Source: an uncultured virus (IMG/VR IMGVR_UViG_3300035208_003016) (Duplodnaviria; Heunggongvirae; Uroviricota; Caudoviricetes). Taken from it: a DNA stretch of 64,000 nt. The translations under genes and the position numbers were made by a program. This document shows positions 11,249 to 20,006 of the stretch, piece by piece. The stretch lies in the IMG/VR virus record IMGVR_UViG_3300035208_003016. One strand, 5' to 3'. Numbering within the stretch: position 1 is the first letter of the stretch; each line of letters opens with the position of its first letter. The notes under the pieces were generated by a model. It was not told the DNA's origin and ran no database searches. It worked only from the letters and a program-made list of their open reading frames with translations.

Positions 11249-11337
11249 AAAAATTATGTAAAAAATGTAATATCGAAAAAGATCTAATCGATTTTTATAC
11301 TGATAAATATACAAAATCTGATATTCGTTATGAATAA
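11245..11337 (+). pseudogene. 30-aa remnant resembling the N-terminal zinc finger of HNH/endonuclease VII-type homing endonucleases
   Basis: Manual translation MKKLCKKCNIEKDLIDFYTDKYTKSDIRYE*; ATGA-coupled to the upstream gene; second Cys pair and nuclease domain are absent. Confidence 0.45.
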
Positions 11338-11368
11338 TATTAAACTTAAAATTAAGAAAATTAAATAA

Positions 11369-12919
11369 ATGAAACCTATTAAGAAACAAGTATGGGATAA
11401 TATGAGCGTTTTTGCTCTTCTAAATGGTATATCTATTTGGAATGAAAATTATCAATCTTTAAAATATGTTAGAAAACCGTATGAAACTAATCTTGATGTT
11501 CGTGATAATGTTTTAAAATCTCATGACTATAAAACAGATATTACACAACAAGGTTTAATTAATTCTATTTATAATGAATTAGATCTTATTCCATATAATG
11601 TATTAAAAAAATCAATATTTTATTTATCTTATAATCCAGTCCCATCAGGAAATATTGAAGTTCAAGATATATCTGGATTTTATAAAACTTCAAGTGGTAC
11701 TTGGAATTCTATTGGTCCTCAAATTTGGAGTGATAATTATTTTATAGCAAAACAAAATAAAATAGGATTTATAGTTTGGGAAGATATTAAATTTAATAAT
11801 ATATCAAATATTAAAAATTATACATATTCTAATGTTGTTGAAGTTTTTCGTGAATTTAATGATAAAACTGAATTAAAATTTGAATATTACATTCAAGTTA
11901 AAGATAGTTATGATAATATTAATTTAATAAGATATACTGACATGAATTGTCAAACCGATAGTAATGATATTAGATATACTTATAGATTTCCTACAGTGTC
12001 TGGATTAAATCTAGATGGTGATATATTTTGTTATACATTAGGTGATATTCCATCTCAAATAAAACATTTGTATATGGATGATAATAATTATCCTACTCAA
12101 TTATATTATGATCTTAAAAACTATTTAGATAATAAATATAAACATAGATGGGATAAAATAACTAATAATTCTTGTATATGGGATATTAATAAAAATTATG
12201 GTAGTGGTCAAATTAATAGTTTTTATGATGCTTTAGCTCCAGAGAATCATTTTAGTAGTTCTATTACACATACTGGATATTATGGAGGAATAGAATCTTT
12301 ATCTTATAGTCTCCATCAATCAGACTTTTTAGAAATTTCTGGAAATCAAAGTTGGTATCTAAAACTTTATCCAGGTAAATTTTATATAGATGGTATTCCT
12401 TTTTATTATTTTGAAAATCCTCAAGTTTCACAATTAGATCTAATTTTAAGTGGTAATCTATATTATTCATCTATACCTAGTGGATTATCTCGTGGAATGT
12501 ATACAATAGCTTCAAAAAGTGGATATTATGATACATATTATTGTAATAACTCTAGAGATGAATTTTTAAGTGGAGTTTATGAAGATTATTCTTATAGAAC
12601 TGGTTTTGATGGAAATAAAAGTTGGGGAGATATATATAGAAAACGTCCAAATATAAATAATAATATAGGGTTTCAAATAGATCTAGATTATGGTCAATAT
12701 AAAATAGATTTTGATAATAATTTAATATATTTTAATTTACCTAATATTACTGATTATAATAAGGTTACTTTTGTTTGGGATAATCTTTTAGTTCCTAGTG
12801 GATCTATACTATATTATGATTTAAATCCTCTTAATGAACAAAATTTAAGTTTAGAGAAATTTTTTATGTACTTATCTCTAGTTCCAAATAAATATTATAA
12901 TAGTTATTTAAGACCATGA
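11369..12919 (+). CDS. Virion structural protein; SG-rich
   Basis: Long ORF in the structural operon; RKPYETNLDVRD motif; 11 SG. Confidence 0.5.
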   Translation: MKPIKKQVWDNMSVFALLNGISIWNENYQSLKYVRKPYETNLDVRDNVLKSHDYKTDITQQGLINSIYNELDLIPYNVLKKSIFYLSYNPVPSGNIEVQDISGFYKTSSGTWNSIGPQIWSDNYFIAKQNKIGFIVWEDIKFNNISNIKNYTYSNVVEVFREFNDKTELKFEYYIQVKDSYDNINLIRYTDMNCQTDSNDIRYTYRFPTVSGLNLDGDIFCYTLGDIPSQIKHLYMDDNNYPTQLYYDLKNYLDNKYKHRWDKITNNSCIWDINKNYGSGQINSFYDALAPENHFSSSITHTGYYGGIESLSYSLHQSDFLEISGNQSWYLKLYPGKFYIDGIPFYYFENPQVSQLDLILSGNLYYSSIPSGLSRGMYTIASKSGYYDTYYCNNSRDEFLSGVYEDYSYRTGFDGNKSWGDIYRKRPNINNNIGFQIDLDYGQYKIDFDNNLIYFNLPNITDYNKVTFVWDNLLVPSGSILYYDLNPLNEQNLSLEKFFMYLSLVPNKYYNSYLRP

Positions 12920-13308
12920 TTTCAAATATAATTAGTAATCAAAGAAGAACTCCATATAGACTTGAATCTAATGATATTATTAATATTAGATTAAATTTAT
13001 ATAATAATAATAAACAATTTTATAATCAAAATATTCAATTAGAATTTTATTTAAATTATCCAAGTGGATGGAATAAAGTAGCTGATTCAATAAGTACAAA
13101 AAATGGTAGTCAAAATTTAAATTGTTCTTGTTTATATATAAGTAATATATCAAATTGTCTTGGGTATGTAAAAGCTACCATTAATAATAACTCTTATAAT
13201 TCTAATATAATAAGATTTAATTTTATTTCAAAATATACATATAATAATTATATATATAATTTTGAAAATATATTAACAACATATGAAAATAATATTTTTA
13301 CTTTTTAG
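12916..13308 (+). CDS. Small Ig-like virion protein, paralog of the C-terminus of 30978..31886
   Basis: Shares LNYP.GW and SNCLGYV.ATINN.SY.SNIIRFNFI. Confidence 0.55.
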   Translation: MISNIISNQRRTPYRLESNDIINIRLNLYNNNKQFYNQNIQLEFYLNYPSGWNKVADSISTKNGSQNLNCSCLYISNISNCLGYVKATINNNSYNSNIIRFNFISKYTYNNYIYNFENILTTYENNIFTF

Positions 13309-13316
13309 GAAATATA

Positions 13317-14717
13317 ATGGCAATTACTACTTATAATTGGGTTAAAGAAAGTGGTCATTTATATGATAACTTTAATACGTGGGTTACTAATCAAGAAGAT
13401 AATGAAGTTTCTGTTGCAATAGGTCAAAATATCGTATTAACTGGTGATCTTACTATTCCATCTGGAATAAATATTATTGAATTTTATAATGGTGCTGGAT
13501 TTTATGGTCCATATAATTTAACTATTAGTAGAATGACTGCTAAACCAAGACATCAAATTTTTAATAGTGGATGTACATGTACTTTTCAAATAGGCGCAAT
13601 AGATTATCTTTTACCAGAATGGTTTGGAAGTGGAAATGGTAATTTATATTTTGGATTAACTAATACTATACCTTCGATTAAAATTCCACTATCTAGAATA
13701 TATATAGATGGTGGACTTGCTATAGGTGATAATATAAATACTGGTAATGGTAATTTATATGTTAATGGTAGTGGAACTTTTGGTGGAAATATACATTTAA
13801 ATGAATTAAGTACCGTTGATGGTGTTGATATTTCTACATTACCAACTTATATAAGTAATACTTCTGGACAACTAGATTCTAGGATAACTTCTAATACTAA
13901 TAATCTTTCAAATACATCAGGACAATTAAGTACACGAATAGATGCTACTGGTTTATATAATTATAATCTAATAAATAATCATAGTAATTTAACAATAACC
14001 GCTCATGGTGGTTTAGCATCTGGAAATCATAATCATGGTCTTGGAACTTCAGGAAAACTTTTAAAATTTGTATCATCATCTGGATATTCAGATAGTATGA
14101 TTAATGATTCAGGAAATCAAATATATATTGGTTCAACTAATAACTATGTTAAATTTAATGAAAATGGATATTTATTAAATGTTGGAAGTGGAAAAGCTTG
14201 GAGAGATGAAATTGGATCTGCTATGTCATTACAATCAACTGGTCCAGGAATTTCTTTAAATATTTCTGGTGGAACAATTGATTATATAAATACATCTAAT
14301 TATAGTGATTTTGCAACAACTAATGTTCAATTAAATCATGATATAGATAGTAATTGTTATATTAGTCCTCATTTGCATTATATTCAATCATCGTCTGGAT
14401 ATCCTAACTGGGTATGTCAATATAGATGGCAAACTAATGGACAAGTTAATACTGTTAATTGGTCTGGAATACCTGGAACTGGTATATATTTATATACAAC
14501 TGGAACTTTAAATCAAATATTTGAATTTAGAGATATATATCCACCTACTCAATCTGGAATGAGTGATATTGTTCAATTTAGATTAATACGTGATGCAAAT
14601 AATGCAAGTGGATATTATGGTGGAAGTGATAGTTCTCTTGGAACTGTAAGTTTTACAAGTTTTGATGTCCATGTTTGTATAGATTCTTTTGGAAGTAGAC
14701 AAGAATGGATAAAATAG
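13317..14717 (+). CDS. Tail fibre/receptor-binding protein; SG-rich
   Basis: PEWFG motif, TVDGVDISTL, coiled NTSGQL repeats, C-terminal head-like QLNHD...PHLHY...FRLIRD...FDVH; 17 SG. Confidence 0.6.
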   Translation: MAITTYNWVKESGHLYDNFNTWVTNQEDNEVSVAIGQNIVLTGDLTIPSGINIIEFYNGAGFYGPYNLTISRMTAKPRHQIFNSGCTCTFQIGAIDYLLPEWFGSGNGNLYFGLTNTIPSIKIPLSRIYIDGGLAIGDNINTGNGNLYVNGSGTFGGNIHLNELSTVDGVDISTLPTYISNTSGQLDSRITSNTNNLSNTSGQLSTRIDATGLYNYNLINNHSNLTITAHGGLASGNHNHGLGTSGKLLKFVSSSGYSDSMINDSGNQIYIGSTNNYVKFNENGYLLNVGSGKAWRDEIGSAMSLQSTGPGISLNISGGTIDYINTSNYSDFATTNVQLNHDIDSNCYISPHLHYIQSSSGYPNWVCQYRWQTNGQVNTVNWSGIPGTGIYLYTTGTLNQIFEFRDIYPPTQSGMSDIVQFRLIRDANNASGYYGGSDSSLGTVSFTSFDVHVCIDSFGSRQEWIK

Positions 14718-14727
14718 GAGAAAATAT

Positions 14728-15507
14728 ATGAATCAAATTACTTTAAAATCATCATTCTTTTCATTTTTATCTTATGATGAAAAAAATGTACAAGATAAGA
14801 TACATAAAACTTTTAAAGATCATAAAACTCATTTTATAAAAAATGAAGATGGAAGTCACTTTTTTGGTCTTATTATTGATAATATTAATAAAATAGCATA
14901 TCTTGTTAATCGTGGAACTGATGGTGATAATAATCTTGGAAATTTACATTCATGGTTATATGATGCTAATCTTTTTACTGGTAGTGATGGAATGCATAAT
15001 GGTTTTCAAAAATTAGCTAATAAAGTATTTGATCAATTTAAAGATATACTTGTTAATTATAAAACAATTGTTTGTTGTGGTCATTCTCAAGGATCTGGTG
15101 TTGCTCAAATACTTGCTAAATTATGTTGTGAAAATCTTTCTAAAGATAAGAAAATTAAATTAATAGTATTTGCTGCGCCACCATCTGGAAATTATACTTT
15201 TAAAGAAATTGTTCAAAAATTTATAGATAATGGACAACTTGAAGTAGAACGATATATTATGCCAGGTGATCCAATAGCATCTAAAAAACTTAGAAATAAA
15301 AAAAGTATATTACTTAATGGAGAAGATGTTGGCCCAGATAGTTGGCTTCCAGATATCATACAGACTAAACTTGGTCCATTTGAAGCAATAAATCATTCAT
15401 GTAAAGTCTATGTTGTTGGACTTATATTAGAACTTCTTAAAAGTGATATTGAAACTTTAGAAGACTTAAATTTTCTAGGATGTTTGTTTAGAAATTGTGT
15501 TAATTAA
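14728..15507 (+). CDS. Class-3 lipase / alpha-beta hydrolase
   Basis: RGT oxyanion motif, MHNGF, GHSQGSGVA nucleophile elbow, FAAP, GDPI, C-terminal His (NHS). Confidence 0.9.
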   Translation: MNQITLKSSFFSFLSYDEKNVQDKIHKTFKDHKTHFIKNEDGSHFFGLIIDNINKIAYLVNRGTDGDNNLGNLHSWLYDANLFTGSDGMHNGFQKLANKVFDQFKDILVNYKTIVCCGHSQGSGVAQILAKLCCENLSKDKKIKLIVFAAPPSGNYTFKEIVQKFIDNGQLEVERYIMPGDPIASKKLRNKKSILLNGEDVGPDSWLPDIIQTKLGPFEAINHSCKVYVVGLILELLKSDIETLEDLNFLGCLFRNCVN

Positions 15508-15534
15508 CTATACTAAAACTGATTGGAGAATTAT

Positions 15535-15819
15535 ATGAACGTATTAAATAATATTTTATCACATCAAGAAATTATAATTGCAATTATTGGGGTTTTGACA
15601 CCAATAATATATCGGGCATTACAAAAATTAGTACAATATCTTCCTTCTGAATATAAAAAAATAGGAAATAAAATTAAACCTACAACTATTACAATAATAC
15701 TTCGATTTTTATTTGGTAAAACTGCTACTTTTTATAAATGTTTTGTTAAAAAAGATCCAAAAGCTACTGAAGAATTATTAAAAATAGCTAATCAATATAT
15801 AAATAATAAACTTAAATAA
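15535..15819 (+). CDS. Small membrane protein, possible holin
   Basis: Hydrophobic EIIIAIIGVLTPIIY and ITIILRFLFG segments with a basic tail. ATG at 15535 follows a GGAGA RBS and is preferred over the TTG at 15523. Confidence 0.4.
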   Translation: MNVLNNILSHQEIIIAIIGVLTPIIYRALQKLVQYLPSEYKKIGNKIKPTTITIILRFLFGKTATFYKCFVKKDPKATEELLKIANQYINNKLK

Positions 15820-15832
15820 TTGGAAAATTTAA

Positions 15833-16744
15833 ATGTCAGAATTATCAATTTTAATTCCAGCAAGAAATGAAATGTGGTTACAAAATACTATTGATGATAT
15901 TCTTAAAAATATAGAATTAGATACAGAAATTATAGTTTGTTTAGATGGATATTGGCCTTATATTCCAATAAAAGATGATAAACGAGTAAAAATAATACAT
16001 TATACAGAATCAGTTGGTCAAAGAGCAGCTACAAATGATGCAGCTAAATTATCTAGATCTAAATATATAATGAAATGTGATGCTCATTGTGCTTTTGATA
16101 AAGGATTTGATAAAAAACTATTAAGTACAATAGAAGATAATTGGACAGTTATTCCAAGAATGTATAATCTTCATGTGTTTAATTGGTTATGTAAAAAATG
16201 TAATAATGAAACTTATCAAGGACCTACTCCAACAAAATGTGATAAATGTGAAGGTGCTGAGTTTGAACGTAAATTAATTTGGAAACCAAGATTAAATCGC
16301 AAAACTGATTTTACAAGATTCGACAGTGATCTTCATTTTCAATATTGGTCTGATTATGAAAAACGTCCTGAAGCTAAAGGTGATATTGTTGATGTGATGT
16401 CAAATCTCGGGGCTTGTTGGTTGATGTCTCGTAAACGATACTGGTCATTAGATGGTCTTGATGAAGAACATGGTTCCTGGGGTCAGATGGGTACTGAGAT
16501 AAGTTGTAAGAGTTGGTTATCTGGAGGAAGACAAGTAGTTAACAAAACAACATGGTTTTCTCATCTATTTAGAACCCAAGGTGGAGATTTTGGATTTCCT
16601 TACCAAATATCAGATAAACAAGTCCAGAATGCCAGAAAAAGATCAAGAGAATTGTGGTTAGAAAATAAGTGGCCTAAAGCTATTAAAAAATTAGATTGGC
16701 TGATTAATAAATTTTCACCAGTACCAACATGGGAAATAAAATGA
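15833..16744 (+). CDS. GT2-family glycosyltransferase with zinc-ribbon insertion
   Basis: LSILIPARNE, EIIVCLDG, GQRAATN, KCDAH (DxH), GLDEEHGSWG; insert CKKC...CDKC. Confidence 0.9.
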   Translation: MSELSILIPARNEMWLQNTIDDILKNIELDTEIIVCLDGYWPYIPIKDDKRVKIIHYTESVGQRAATNDAAKLSRSKYIMKCDAHCAFDKGFDKKLLSTIEDNWTVIPRMYNLHVFNWLCKKCNNETYQGPTPTKCDKCEGAEFERKLIWKPRLNRKTDFTRFDSDLHFQYWSDYEKRPEAKGDIVDVMSNLGACWLMSRKRYWSLDGLDEEHGSWGQMGTEISCKSWLSGGRQVVNKTTWFSHLFRTQGGDFGFPYQISDKQVQNARKRSRELWLENKWPKAIKKLDWLINKFSPVPTWEIK

Positions 16745-16908
16745 AAATAAAGTATAAAATAATAGAAGATCGCTATGTAGACAAAGAGTGCAAAGATTTT
16801 GATATTATATCCATTCATTATGCAGGTCCAGAAGGTCTTGTATGTGTGTGGTATAAAGATTATACTGATGAATTATCTTTATTAAGTAAAATAGATGAAA
16901 TAACTTGA
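16741..16908 (+). CDS. 55-aa hypothetical protein
   Basis: Manual translation MKIKYKIIEDRYVDKECKDF...; ATGA-coupled to the upstream GT2; below the ORF-track length cut-off. Confidence 0.5.
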   Translation: MKIKYKIIEDRYVDKECKDFDIISIHYAGPEGLVCVWYKDYTDELSLLSKIDEIT

Positions 16909-16936
16909 TAACTAATAAATTTTTACCTGTGCCTAC

Positions 16937-17644
16937 ATGGGAAACTTAATGAAATATCCAGATAATTTAACCATAATATATCTTACGAACAACTTGATGC
17001 CTGAAGGTTGGATGAAATTTCAATTAGATGCTTTTGCTAAAGCATCTGAAGGATATAAAGTTATTTCTGTGTCTAGAGTTCCAATGAATTTAGGTTATAA
17101 TATTATTCAAACAGAACCATCTTCTTATTGGAATATTTATTACCAATTAATGAAAGCAGCTAAATTAGCAGATACAGATTTTATAGCAACTGCTGAAGAT
17201 GACACGTTATATACACATCAACATTATCATGAATTTAGACCAAATGTTGATGAAATAGCTTATGATCGATCAAGATGGTCTTTATTTACATGGGATAAAG
17301 ACCCAATATATTGTTTAAGAAATAGAGTATGTAATTGTTCAATGATTTCACCAAAAAAGTTATTTATCGATGCAATTGAAGAACGCATAGAAAAATATCC
17401 TAATGGACTTCCAAACAGTGAAGTGGGAGAAGTAGGTAGAGAAAGAATAGAGTTACGTCTTAAAGTTAAACGTAATAAATTAGTAGAATTTTATTGTACT
17501 AATTCAATTGTACAACTTAATCATACTAATGGTGAAGATATAAGACAAAAAGAAAAATGGAAATCACATGGTCAAATTAAAGCATATGATATTCCTACTT
17601 GGGGTAAAGCAAAAAATATAGTGGAGATTTATAATGGACGTTAG
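16937..17644 (+). CDS. GT-A fold glycosyltransferase-like protein
   Basis: TIIYLT N-terminal strand; TDFIATAEDDTLY (EDD) motif; GT cluster context. Confidence 0.6.
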   Translation: MGNLMKYPDNLTIIYLTNNLMPEGWMKFQLDAFAKASEGYKVISVSRVPMNLGYNIIQTEPSSYWNIYYQLMKAAKLADTDFIATAEDDTLYTHQHYHEFRPNVDEIAYDRSRWSLFTWDKDPIYCLRNRVCNCSMISPKKLFIDAIEERIEKYPNGLPNSEVGEVGRERIELRLKVKRNKLVEFYCTNSIVQLNHTNGEDIRQKEKWKSHGQIKAYDIPTWGKAKNIVEIYNGR

Positions 17645-18218
17645 AAAAGCAATTTTAGAAAAGTTTAGATTTAGAGGAACTAGAGATAATATGCCAATGT
17701 CCTCACCTAAAGGAACAAGAGAAACATTAGCAGAATTACTTGAGGAACTTGATTTTAATAAAGGAATCGAGGTAGGATCTAGAAAAGGTCACTATGCAAT
17801 GGTATTATGTCAGAAAAATCCTAAGTTAGAATTAACTTGTATTGATCCTTGGAAAGCTTATAGTCATTTAACACAAGAAAAACAAGATGAAATATTTGAA
17901 GAATGGAAAAAGAATATGCAACCATTTAATGCTAAATTTATAAGAAAATATAGTATGGATGCATTGATTGATTTTGAAGATAGATCTCTTGATTTTGCTT
18001 TTATAGATGGTAATCATGAATTTGATTATGCTGCACCTGATATTATTTTTTGGGCAAAAAAAGTAAAAGTTGGTGGAATTTTTGCAGTACATGATTATTA
18101 TAATTTTTATAGATCTGGTGTTATTAAAGCAGTAGATGCATATACACATTGTAATAGAATTAAAGAATGGTATTGTACTCAAGAAAAAACACCAATAGCA
18201 TTTTGGATTAATATATGA
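17634..18218 (+). CDS. Class I SAM methyltransferase (Methyltransf_24-like)
   Basis: GIEVGSRKG, CIDPW, LDFAFIDGNH, KVGGIFAVHDY. Confidence 0.9.
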   Translation: MDVRKAILEKFRFRGTRDNMPMSSPKGTRETLAELLEELDFNKGIEVGSRKGHYAMVLCQKNPKLELTCIDPWKAYSHLTQEKQDEIFEEWKKNMQPFNAKFIRKYSMDALIDFEDRSLDFAFIDGNHEFDYAAPDIIFWAKKVKVGGIFAVHDYYNFYRSGVIKAVDAYTHCNRIKEWYCTQEKTPIAFWINI

Positions 18219-18724
18219 GAAATGAAGATATAAGATTGCGTAATAGTTTAAATGTTGGAAGTCATCTTCCAGTTTTAATGAAATTATTTTCTATTACTGA
18301 TGGACCAATAGTTGAATATGGTGGAGGAATAAATTCTACTATATTTTTTCATTGGGCGTGTTTTTCAACAGAAAGAAAATTGCTGACTCTAGAGAGTGAT
18401 TGGATAAATCATAAACTATTAAGAAAATTTAGAACCGATTGGCATCAATGTCAATTTGTTAGACATTGGAATGATGCAATTGTTGAAGATAATTATTCAC
18501 TAGTTTTTATAGATCATAACCCAGCTGCTCAAAGGCATGTGGATGTTAAAAAACATATAAATGCTGAATATGTTGTACTTCATGATTCTGAACCAGATAA
18601 AAATAATATTTATTTTTATGATCGAATTTATCCTTTATTTAAATATAAACTTGATTATACAAAATCTTGGCCTAATACAACAATATTAAGCAATGTTCAT
18701 AGATTAAATAAATTGAAAATATGA
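18215..18724 (+). CDS. SAM methyltransferase-like protein
   Basis: IVEYGGGINST, LTLESD, LVFIDH, VVLHDSE. Confidence 0.7.
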   Translation: MRNEDIRLRNSLNVGSHLPVLMKLFSITDGPIVEYGGGINSTIFFHWACFSTERKLLTLESDWINHKLLRKFRTDWHQCQFVRHWNDAIVEDNYSLVFIDHNPAAQRHVDVKKHINAEYVVLHDSEPDKNNIYFYDRIYPLFKYKLDYTKSWPNTTILSNVHRLNKLKI

Positions 18725-19308
18725 TTCCGAAAGTTATCAATCAAGTTTGGCTTTATCCACCTATAGATAATAAATATCTTAATTGGTCTAAAACGTTTGA
18801 TATATCTGGATTTAAACATAAAATTTGGGAATTACAAGATTGTTTAAATTTATTAAGTCCTGAAACAGTAAGTATTATAGAAGATCCAAATGTGCATTGG
18901 ATATATAAGGCTACTTTTGCAAGATATGATATTTTAAGACTATTTGGAGGTTTTTATGCTGATATGGATATGGAATGTATAAAGTCTTTCGAAGATTTAT
19001 GCAATCAAGATTTTATATGCGTAAAACAAAATGATAGAGAAATATCAGATGCTTTTATAGGATGTTCTAAAAATAATAGTATTATAGATAGAGTTTATCA
19101 AAAAGCTTTATATAATTTTAATAATCTTAAAAATAAAAGTTCCAAACGTTGGATTCTAGAAACTGCAAGCGTATTTATGATAACAAAAGAATTAACAGAT
19201 CAAATTCCATTAGAACAAGAATATTTTTGTCCTATCTGGAAAGGTCGAGGAAAAGTTACAGATAAAACATATTGTATTCACCATTATACAAGGTCATGGA
19301 AAAGATGA
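18721..19308 (+). CDS. GT32 (OCH1-like, DxD) glycosyltransferase
   Basis: MIPKVINQVW, RYDILRLFGGFYADMDMEC, YCIHHYTRSW. Confidence 0.9.
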   Translation: MIPKVINQVWLYPPIDNKYLNWSKTFDISGFKHKIWELQDCLNLLSPETVSIIEDPNVHWIYKATFARYDILRLFGGFYADMDMECIKSFEDLCNQDFICVKQNDREISDAFIGCSKNNSIIDRVYQKALYNFNNLKNKSSKRWILETASVFMITKELTDQIPLEQEYFCPIWKGRGKVTDKTYCIHHYTRSWKR

Positions 19309-20006
19309 TAAAACTATCAATAATTCATCCTGTACTTAATAGTCACGAAGTTGTAAGACGACAATTGCTTCATTATGAAAAACAAAATTTACCTGATGAA
19401 GTAGAGATTATTATAGTAGATGATGATAGCGATCCTCCATTAATTAATAATGGATTAAAAAACTTATCCATTTATTATACCCATGACCCAAGACCTTGGA
19501 CTTGGCCTATTGCAAGAAATCTTGGAGCGAAGATGGCTAAAGGTGAATTACTATTCTTTGCTGACATTGATTATATAATCCCAAGAGAAGCAGTTTTAAT
19601 GGGATTAGGACTTAAAGAAGATAGAATGAATGTGCGTAGAGAATTTGGAGTTCTCGATGAAAATGGTAATTTAACACAAGACTTAGATGTATTAAGACAA
19701 TATGGATTACTCGAAGGCCGCATACAAAGTAAAGGTGTGAATGTATCTGCCCATACAAATACATTTATAATGAAAAAAGACGTATTTTTTAAAATGAATG
19801 GTTATAGAACAGATCGAATAGGTAAACCTTACCCACAAAGAGAAGATGGTGATTTTGATCGAGATTGGTTGAAACGATATGAAAAAGGTGAAGTAAACAG
19901 AACTCATGATAGGCCAACTGTTTATATGTTTCCAAACGGTAAGTTCTGTGGAGATTTAGATTATAATCCTTTTGGACTTTTTCATACAACGAGTAGGAAG
20001 AATTAA
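19305..20006 (+). CDS. GT2/GT7-C-like glycosyltransferase
   Basis: LSIIHPVLNS, IIIVDDDS, ARNLGAKMAKGELLFFADID, MNGY...EDGDF. Likely start is the ATG at 19305 (ATGA overlap). Confidence 0.85.
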   Translation: MIKLSIIHPVLNSHEVVRRQLLHYEKQNLPDEVEIIIVDDDSDPPLINNGLKNLSIYYTHDPRPWTWPIARNLGAKMAKGELLFFADIDYIIPREAVLMGLGLKEDRMNVRREFGVLDENGNLTQDLDVLRQYGLLEGRIQSKGVNVSAHTNTFIMKKDVFFKMNGYRTDRIGKPYPQREDGDFDRDWLKRYEKGEVNRTHDRPTVYMFPNGKFCGDLDYNPFGLFHTTSRKN

